Below, piece by piece: positions 57,876 through 64,000 of a DNA stretch of 64,000 nt. Location: the NCBI GenBank assembly GCA_041223685.1, contig JBCLQR010000015.1. The stretch is one strand, 5' to 3'. The DNA is from Lachnospiraceae bacterium 62-26 (GTDB lineage Bacteria > Bacillota > Clostridia > Lachnospirales > Lachnospiraceae). The stretch's first letter is position 1. Every line of letters starts with the position of its first letter. Position numbers and translations under genes: made by a program. The notes under the pieces are model-generated. The model had not been told where the DNA came from. It worked only from the letters and a program-made list of their open reading frames with translations, and did no database searches.

Positions 57876-58317
57876 ACACATGAGAAAGGGAAGACTTGTC
57901 AAAGGTCTGCGGTTTAACGCCGCTCTAATTAAAAATACTTCTGTCCCTTCTGTGTCATTGCATGTTATATGCGGATGCAATGATGCAGGGGTTCATGCAC
58001 AGGATGCAGATTGACTTGCCGCCTGTAAGCCCGATTTGCAATACGCAGACTGGAAGGATCATGGAAGTGATCATAGACAGGGATCAGGAAGATAAGCCGG
58101 AAAGAAAGAACAGCGGCCGGCAAAAGGTATTTTCAGAATGTACGGCAAAAGGCGGCGGCCTGTGAATGCCGTGCAGGAGAAGTGGATACCAGCTGACGGA
58201 CCGTCCTTCTTTCAGACCGGCCGCCTCCCCGGGCTTCCGCGGCAGGCCGATGAACAAGGGATGGGAGTATTCTGAAAAGAACAAAATTATTCTACATTCA
58301 GACAGGAGGAATGTGTT

Positions 58318-59430
58318 ATGAAGTATATGCTCAGGGATAATCAGGCGGGATTTGTGTTAAAGGACGGAGTATTCAAGAAAATGATAACGTCCGGAATCTG
58401 CCGTTTCTCCAAAATGCGGGGGTACAGTGTTGAGATAGAAGAGATGTCGGGCGAGGTCGACTACATGGAAGTGCCTTATCAGATCCTTGCCAAAGATCCG
58501 GCGTTTCTTGCATCGGTCCTGCATGTGGAGATTCCTGACGGTTCTGTGGGATTTATTTACATAAATGGAAAACTGACGTCATTTGCCAATCGGAAAGAGT
58601 ATACATTCTGGAATGTATTTGACAAGTATGAGGTAAAGACCGTATCCATGGCGGAGACAGAGATCGGGGCGGAGGTGTCAAAGCAGATGCTTGCACTGGT
58701 CCCAAAGAACCTTTATACGGAGATATCCGTAGGAGAAGGGCAGACTGGCCTGGTATATTATGACAATGTACTCCAAAGGCAGCTGGCGAAGGGGGTGTAT
58801 CGCTTCTGGAACTATGCCCGAAGTGTGACGTACCATATATTTGATATGAGGCAGCAGGAACTGGACATCGTGGGGCAGGAGATACTGACCAAAGACAAGA
58901 TCGGTATCCGGATGAATGTTTCCTGCATGTATAAGGTCCGGGACGCCGTAGAATTTGCCGCGACGGTGACGGAGCTTAAGAGGCCCCTTTACTCGGCGGT
59001 ACAGCTTGTGATCCGGGAAATTGTGGGAAATTATAAGCTGGATGAGATATTAGAGTTAAAAGAGAAGATTTCCGGGGAAATCTATACGGCTCTCAGGGTG
59101 CGGGAGAAGATGTTCTGCGTTAATTTCCTGACTGCCGGGATCAAGGATATCATACTGCCGGGCGAGATCCGGGAGATTATGAATTCCGTCCTGGTGGCTG
59201 AGAAGTCGGCGCAGGCAAATGTAATCTCAAGGCGGGAGGAGGTGGCTTCTACCCGGTCGCTTCTCAATACGGCGAAACTGATGGATGAGAACAAGACGCT
59301 CTTTAAGCTCAAGGAGCTCGAGTATCTGGAGCGGATCTGTGAGAAGGTGGGAGAGATATCTGTGAATGGAAATATGGGGATTGTAGAACAACTGGGGAAG
59401 ATGATCGGGACAGGGCAGAGGGCTTCTTAA
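58318..59430 (+). CDS. SPFH/Band-7 domain protein (slipin/flotillin-like) with no N-terminal TM
   Basis: 370 aa; SPFH core (..QEILTKDKIGIRMNVSCMYKVRD.. and ..REIMNSVLVAEKSAQANVISRREEVAST..) preceded by a 130-aa soluble N-terminal extension. Confidence 0.7.
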   Translation: MKYMLRDNQAGFVLKDGVFKKMITSGICRFSKMRGYSVEIEEMSGEVDYMEVPYQILAKDPAFLASVLHVEIPDGSVGFIYINGKLTSFANRKEYTFWNVFDKYEVKTVSMAETEIGAEVSKQMLALVPKNLYTEISVGEGQTGLVYYDNVLQRQLAKGVYRFWNYARSVTYHIFDMRQQELDIVGQEILTKDKIGIRMNVSCMYKVRDAVEFAATVTELKRPLYSAVQLVIREIVGNYKLDEILELKEKISGEIYTALRVREKMFCVNFLTAGIKDIILPGEIREIMNSVLVAEKSAQANVISRREEVASTRSLLNTAKLMDENKTLFKLKELEYLERICEKVGEISVNGNMGIVEQLGKMIGTGQRAS

Positions 59431-59580
59431 TGAAGCTCTCTAATTTTTTGGGGATTTTAGATATATTTCATACTGTTTTTCTGATTATATGATAAAATAA
59501 ACAAGAATGCGGAGAAATACAAGGGCGTAGATTTCCACAGATAAAAAAGAGTTGTCATCACAGGAAGGAGTTGTTTTATT

Positions 59581-60288
59581 ATGGAAGCAGGAAAGCAAAG
59601 ATTTCGAAAGATGAGATTTCGAAAGATGAGATTTAAAAAGGATTTATTATGCAGATGTGCGGTATTCGTCCTGTGCTGTCTGCCTGTTCTGAGCGGATGT
59701 GCGTCAGGGGAAGGGGCTTCGACTGGCGGAAAGGACGCCGTTTCTGAAAAGGAACAGGGAAGCCGGCAGAAAGACGACGGAGAGGGGAACGACGGACAGG
59801 ATCAGACAGGAGCGAAGGGTTCAGAAAGCGAAACGCTGGGAGATTTCAGCATACAGGACGTCGCAGGGGAGACTTATACGCCGGACATGTTCGCGGATTA
59901 TGAGCTGACTCTGGTCAATGTGTTTACTACCTGGTGTACGCCGTGTATCCGGGAGATCCCGGAGCTTGAGAAGCTTCACCGGGAAATGGCGGATCAGGGC
60001 GTACAGGTGGCGGGTATTGTCCTGGATGCGGCGGGACAGTCCGGCGAGACGGATGAAGAGGCGGTAAAGAAAGCGAAGCTTCTGGCAGAGAAGGCGGAAG
60101 TGACATATCCGTTCCTGATTCCTGATGCGGGATATCTGAACGGCAGGCTTGCAGGAATCAGCGCCGTGCCGGAGACCTTCTTCGTGGATAAGGAGGGCAA
60201 TATCGTCGGAGAGACTTATTCTGGGAGCCGTTCTTATGACGACTGGAAGAGTATCGTAGAGAAAGAACTCTCAGAGGCGGCGCAATGA
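59581..60288 (+). CDS. TlpA/ResA-like thiol-disulfide oxidoreductase lipoprotein (thioredoxin fold, WCxxC)
   Basis: 235 aa; lipobox VLSGC, Asp/Gly-rich linker, thioredoxin motif VFTTWCTPCIREIPELEKL; 5' end has a 15-bp x3 tandem repeat encoding RFRKM. Confidence 0.8.
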   Translation: MEAGKQRFRKMRFRKMRFKKDLLCRCAVFVLCCLPVLSGCASGEGASTGGKDAVSEKEQGSRQKDDGEGNDGQDQTGAKGSESETLGDFSIQDVAGETYTPDMFADYELTLVNVFTTWCTPCIREIPELEKLHREMADQGVQVAGIVLDAAGQSGETDEEAVKKAKLLAEKAEVTYPFLIPDAGYLNGRLAGISAVPETFFVDKEGNIVGETYSGSRSYDDWKSIVEKELSEAAQ

Positions 60289-60434
60289 GCCGTATCTTAC
60301 GCACACCCCGGGCAGGGATCATCCTTGCCGTCACAGGGCTTGTATTCATGGGGATCGGCATATACCGCGGGGAGATGGCGGTAGTTCTTGAAAAGGCGGT
60401 CAATATATGCATGGAGTGTGTGGGGATCGGGTAA
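60285..60434 (+). CDS. Small single-TM CxxC-motif protein (49 aa) translationally coupled to TlpA
   Basis: ATG overlaps the TlpA stop (ATGA 60285-60288); MSRILRTPRAGIILAVTGLVFMGIGIYRGEMAVVLEKAVNICMECVGIG; TAA at 60432-60434; below the ORF-track cutoff. Confidence 0.5.
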   Translation: MSRILRTPRAGIILAVTGLVFMGIGIYRGEMAVVLEKAVNICMECVGIG

Positions 60435-60575
60435 ATAGTTCTATATTGTGCAGATAACTGGCGGAAACCGGCTTTTCCTGCGTCTTTGGCATACAGGAAT
60501 TGTGAGGGATTGGAAGCCTGGGAGGTGAATGTTATACAAGGAGAGGGAAAGAAGGGCGAAGAACCAGGGGAGAGG

Positions 60576-60899
60576 CTGGAAAATGGTGAGAATCAGGCGA
60601 TTGGGAAGGATCAGAAAAATGGTGAGAATTTGGCAATTGGTGAGAGCTTGAAAAATGGTGAGAATTTGGCAATCGGGGAGAGCCTGAAAAGTGGTGGAAA
60701 GCAGGCAATCGAGAAGAATCAGGAGGCCGGGAAGAATCAGAAAATGGAGGAAAGTCTGAAAAATGGGGAGAATTTGGCAGCCGGGAAGAATGTGAAAAAT
60801 GGTGAGAGTCTGAAAAACGGAAAGAATCAGAAAGCCGGGAAGAATCAGAAAATGGAGGAAAGCCTGAAAAATGGTGAATATCAGGCGGCCGGGAAGAAG
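60576..60899. repeat. 18-bp tandem repeat, about 18 units (CWGAAAAATGGTGAGAAT-like), in-frame hexapeptide repeat or upstream noncoding minisatellite
   Basis: Units readable every 18 nt from 60576 to 60899; translate in the polyferredoxin frame as (K/E)NGEN(L/Q)A(I/A)G(E/K)S repeats. Confidence 0.8.
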
Positions 60900-60941
60900 A
60901 CGGCGGCACGAAAGTCGGGATTATACGGGAGATGTACGGGG

Positions 60942-61763
60942 GTGTATGAAGGGAAACGTCATGGCGTTCAGGCTTTGTGGGCATTGCTTACTAATAGCTA
61001 TCTGGCGGGATTTGTGCAGGGGAAAATATACAGAGGAAGTCTTAAGAATCTGTGCGTGCCGGGCTTAAACTGTTATTCTTGCCCGGGAGCTGTCGGCTCC
61101 TGCCCGATCGGCGCTATGCAGGCAGTCATCGGGAGCTGGAACTTTAAGCTTGCATTTTATGTGGCAGGCTTCCTGATGTTTGTTGGGGCGCTGATGGGAA
61201 GATTTGTCTGTGGATGGCTGTGTCCATTCGGGCTGATCCAGGATCTGCTGTACAAGGTTCCGTTTTTTAAGAAAATCGAGAGCTTTCGGGGGGATAAGTC
61301 TGCGCGGAAGCTGAAATATGTGATACTTGTTGTATTTGTGATCCTTCTGCCGATGTTCCTGGTGGATATCCTGGGACAGGGGGCGCCGTATTTCTGTAAG
61401 CTGATCTGTCCGGCCGGGACGCTGGAGGGAGGAATTCCCCTTGTCCTGCTCAACAAGTCCATGCGAAGCGCGGTGGGATGGCTGTATGCATGGAAAAATG
61501 TGCTGCTGGCGGTTACCGTCATTTTCTCGGTTCTGATCTACCGGCCGTTCTGCAAATATATCTGTCCGTTGGGAGCGGTCTATTCTGTATTCAATCCCGT
61601 CTCGGTGTTCCGATACCGGATAGATGATGATAAATGTACCGGCTGCGGGATCTGCGCAAAGGTCTGTAAGATGCAGGTGAACCCGGTGAAGAATGCAAAT
61701 CATCCGGAGTGTATCCGATGCGGAGTTTGTAAAGCGTCATGTCCTGTAAAGGCGATACGGTAA
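60942..61763 (+). CDS. Polytopic 4Fe-4S-binding membrane protein (NapH/MauN-like polyferredoxin)
   Basis: Conserved core starts ..HGVQALWALLTNSYLAGF.. with CxxC pairs in TM helices and C-terminal 2x CxxCxxCxxxCP; proposed GTG start 60942 (RBS GGGAGA); the track ORF extends to a TTG at 60486 through the repeat region and an in-frame ATG lies at 60744, so the start is uncertain. Confidence 0.6.
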   Translation: MYEGKRHGVQALWALLTNSYLAGFVQGKIYRGSLKNLCVPGLNCYSCPGAVGSCPIGAMQAVIGSWNFKLAFYVAGFLMFVGALMGRFVCGWLCPFGLIQDLLYKVPFFKKIESFRGDKSARKLKYVILVVFVILLPMFLVDILGQGAPYFCKLICPAGTLEGGIPLVLLNKSMRSAVGWLYAWKNVLLAVTVIFSVLIYRPFCKYICPLGAVYSVFNPVSVFRYRIDDDKCTGCGICAKVCKMQVNPVKNANHPECIRCGVCKASCPVKAIR

Positions 61764-61889
61764 GTCTGATTGCAGTATGATACATTTGACCAATAAAATG
61801 GGAAAAAAGGAAGAAATTTCTTGTTCATGTTGTATATTTCTATTTATGGAAAATTATGATATCATCTTTTTCGAAAAGGAGAGGTTAAT

Positions 61890-62120
61890 ATGAACAAGAT
61901 GACAGTAGTATTTCAAAATCCGGATGACATCTTAGAGTTTGTGCAGAAGGTAGAAAAGTATCCATATAATATGGATATGAAGCGCGGCAGGTATGTAGTA
62001 GATGCGAAATCTCTGTTGGGGTTGATGAACCTTGGCTTTCACAGGGAGATTGAGCTGGAGGTTCATGAAGAGGACTGCGAAGATCTCCGAAGAGATATTG
62101 AAGAATTTATTGCTGCGTAA
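61890..62120 (+). CDS. HPr-family-like phosphocarrier protein lacking the catalytic His15 (Crh-like)
   Basis: 76 aa; HPr fold pattern with Ser46 region RYVVDAKSLLGLMNLG conserved, but the N-terminal region (NPDDILEFV) has no His at the His15 position. Confidence 0.55.
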   Translation: MNKMTVVFQNPDDILEFVQKVEKYPYNMDMKRGRYVVDAKSLLGLMNLGFHREIELEVHEEDCEDLRRDIEEFIAA

Positions 62121-62267
62121 GGAGTTGGTTTGATAACTCCGGGGTATTTTAAATTGATACTTGTATAAAGAGACTCCTCGTCGTATAATAAGTAATTGTG
62201 CAGAAGAGATTATATATCTACTTTTCTTTTTTCTGACATTTCTTATCCGATGAAGGAGTCTTTCGTT

Positions 62268-63629
62268 ATGAGTAAAACAGCCAGGGCGGACAGGAGCGGT
62301 TATCTTTTTGACAACAGAGCTCTTGTAACGCTCATCATTCCGCTTATTATTGAACAGCTTTTGGCAGTGCTTGTCGGTATGGCGGATTCTATTATGATTG
62401 CGAGTGTAGGCGAGGCGGCTGTGTCCGGGGTATCGCTGGTGGACCAGATCATGGTCCTGCTCATCAATATTTTTGCCGCGCTTGCGACCGGCGGTGCGGT
62501 TGTGGCAGGACAATACCTGGGACACGGGAGGAAGGATTCGGCGTGCGAATCGTCGACACAGCTTGTATGGTTCATTACCATTTGTGCATTAGTGATAACG
62601 GCAGTGGTATATCTGGGGAAATCTCTGATACTGCGAGGGGTATTTGGCCAGATTGAGCCGGATGTCATGCGTCACGCGGACATTTACCTGACGATCGTGA
62701 CCATGGCGATCCCATTTATGGCACTGTATAATGCCGGTGCGGCGGTTTTCCGGGCGATGGGGAATTCCAGGGTGTCTATGCTGGTATCCATTATCATGAA
62801 TGTGATCAATGTGACAGGCAATGCAATCCTGATCTATGGTTTCCACCGGGGGACGGAAGGGGTTGCGATACCGACGCTGGTATCCAGGATCGTGGCGGCG
62901 GTGATCATCATCGTGCTCCTCTGTGATGAGAAGCAGATCTTGCATATCAGGCGTTCCTGGCGTTACAGAGTGGACTGGACACATGTGAAGAAGATCCTGA
63001 GCGTGGGAGTTCCGAACGGGCTTGAGAACAGTATGTTCCAGCTTGGCAAGATTCTGGTGCTGAGCCTGGTATCTACCTTCGGGACATATGCGATTGCGGC
63101 CAATGCGGTGAGCAACGCGATCGCATTATTCCAGATTCTTCCGGGAATGGCGATCAACCTTGCGGTTACGACAGTCATTGCAAGATGTGTGGGCGCCGGT
63201 GATTATGAGCAGGTGAGATATTATAATAAGAAGCTGCTGCTCATTACGCATATAGGGATTACGGGAATGGTCCTGGGTGTATTTACGCTTCTTCCGTTGA
63301 TTATCCGTGCGTATAATCTGTCAGATATTACGGCAGAGGTAACGAAGCAGATCATATATTTCCACGGGCTTAGCGCGATTATTATATGGCCGGCGTCATT
63401 TTCCCTTCCGTCAACCTTCCGGGCTTCCGGGGACGCGAAGGCATGTATGATCATTTCCATGGTATCTATGTGGTTATTCCGGATTATATTCAGTTATATT
63501 CTGGGGAAATATATGGGAATGGGAGTGTTTGGAATCTGGGTGGCGATGGTTGTGGACTGGGCATTTCGGGCGTTGTGTTTTATCATTCGGTATTTCAGGG
63601 GCGGATGGAGAAAGCAGGCGTTGGTGTGA
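62268..63629 (+). CDS. MATE family efflux transporter
   Basis: Start ATG 62268 (MSKTARADRSGYLF.., RBS GAAGGAG); 12 TM, MatE repeats. Confidence 0.85.
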   Translation: MSKTARADRSGYLFDNRALVTLIIPLIIEQLLAVLVGMADSIMIASVGEAAVSGVSLVDQIMVLLINIFAALATGGAVVAGQYLGHGRKDSACESSTQLVWFITICALVITAVVYLGKSLILRGVFGQIEPDVMRHADIYLTIVTMAIPFMALYNAGAAVFRAMGNSRVSMLVSIIMNVINVTGNAILIYGFHRGTEGVAIPTLVSRIVAAVIIIVLLCDEKQILHIRRSWRYRVDWTHVKKILSVGVPNGLENSMFQLGKILVLSLVSTFGTYAIAANAVSNAIALFQILPGMAINLAVTTVIARCVGAGDYEQVRYYNKKLLLITHIGITGMVLGVFTLLPLIIRAYNLSDITAEVTKQIIYFHGLSAIIIWPASFSLPSTFRASGDAKACMIISMVSMWLFRIIFSYILGKYMGMGVFGIWVAMVVDWAFRALCFIIRYFRGGWRKQALV

Positions 63630-63850
63630 TGATGTTGGCGTGATGCTGGTGTGATAGGGTTGGTGTGATGTTGGTGGTGTCAGGGAGATATTATGGGGAG
63701 AGTGTATGTACAGTCGGGGTGGTTTAGATAGGTTTGTAGATTGATTTATTGATAGGCTGGTTTTATAGATTAAACAGATTTGTAGATTTGAGGGGATTTG
63801 TAGATAGATAGGCAGATGGATGCATCGGGCAGATTTGTTTAACAGGCAGG
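63630..63850. repeat. G/T-rich low-complexity repeats (GTTGGTGTGATG-like units, then GATTTGTAGAT-like units)
   Basis: Begins at the MATE stop codon; 5 copies of a GGTGTGATG-type motif followed by 4 copies of GATTTGTAGAT-type motif. Confidence 0.5.
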
Positions 63851-63871
63851 TGAATGAAAAAGTCTTTTAAT

Positions 63872-63890
63872 CCCCCATCTGAGATGGGGG
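63872..63890. terminator. 8-bp GC-rich hairpin CCCCCATC-TGA-GATGGGGG; U-rich flank on the minus-strand reading
   Basis: Perfect stem; on the minus strand it is followed by AUUAAAAGACUUUUUC; a new + strand gene (RBS AGGAGG, ATG 63991) starts just downstream. Confidence 0.35.
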
Positions 63891-64000
63891 AACAGGCAAA
63901 GCCGTAGCGGTGCGTAGAGTATAAAAAACTCCTATGCTATAATGATATTGGTTTCGCAGGCCATATCAAAAGCATAGGAGGTATCCAAAATGGATAATCA

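Noticed and set aside
60486-60941. TTG-initiated N-terminal extension of the polyferredoxin ORF as given in the ORF track
   Set aside because: The start is a non-ATG codon with no RBS and the segment is wholly minisatellite; an internal GTG start at 60942 is preferred, though the extension is not excluded.

Overview
This 64 kb window is a chromosomal segment from a low-GC Gram-positive anaerobe, probably Clostridia (Lachnospiraceae-like); it is roughly 50% GC, mostly intact, and no complete tRNA, rRNA, CRISPR array or classical restriction-modification or abortive-infection defence gene was found. Almost all calls rest on protein-motif recognition in the supplied six-frame translations plus manual inspection of start sites, inverted repeats and tandem repeats. 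No database searches were run, so family names are best-recognition calls. Gene content in order: feoA (3' end), feoB and a small Cys-rich partner; an M24 aminopeptidase; an HD-domain protein; a capsule/exopolysaccharide regulatory module (CpsB phosphatase, CpsC/Wzz, CpsD BY-kinase with a Tyr-rich tail, an Ig-like membrane protein, an LCP protein, a CapD-like dehydratase, a Cof hydrolase); a divergent unit of an M20 amidohydrolase plus two membrane proteins facing a PucR-family regulator; an 856-aa FAD disulfide-reductase/rhodanese/sulfite-reductase-like fusion; a melibiose-type locus (GH36 alpha-galactosidase, GPH symporter) interrupted by an AAA-ATPase/PD-(D/E)XK protein; a three-component sugar sensor (lipoprotein-type sugar-binding protein (SBP), YesM-like kinase, YesN-like AraC regulator) whose first two genes are broken; a non-canonical inositol/cyclitol-like cluster (two IolE-like dehydratases, two Gfo/Idh/MocA dehydrogenases, two further TIM-barrel isomerases, a LacI regulator with two identical palindromic operators, and a GPH transporter fused to a cytidylate-kinase-like domain); an Rpn-family nuclease/putative transposase; TetR + ABC-2 exporter; a DMT transporter; a membrane-anchored MutS-domain ATPase; an MCP; malic enzyme, aspartate ammonia-lyase and an MFS transporter; an ECF S-component; a DUF1905 protein; a tandem pair of wHTH-WYL-WCX (PafBC-like) regulators separated by an exact 16-bp tandem-repeat array and divergent from an rtcB RNA ligase, followed by tRNA-like fragments; an SPFH protein; a TlpA/CxxC-peptide/polyferredoxin redox trio carrying an 18-bp x18 tandem repeat; an HPr-like protein; and a MATE efflux pump. 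The most interesting candidate for an undescribed system is the WYL-WYL/repeat-array/RtcB/tRNA-fragment locus; the orphan iolE/iolG-like cyclitol cluster with its transporter-kinase fusion is second.
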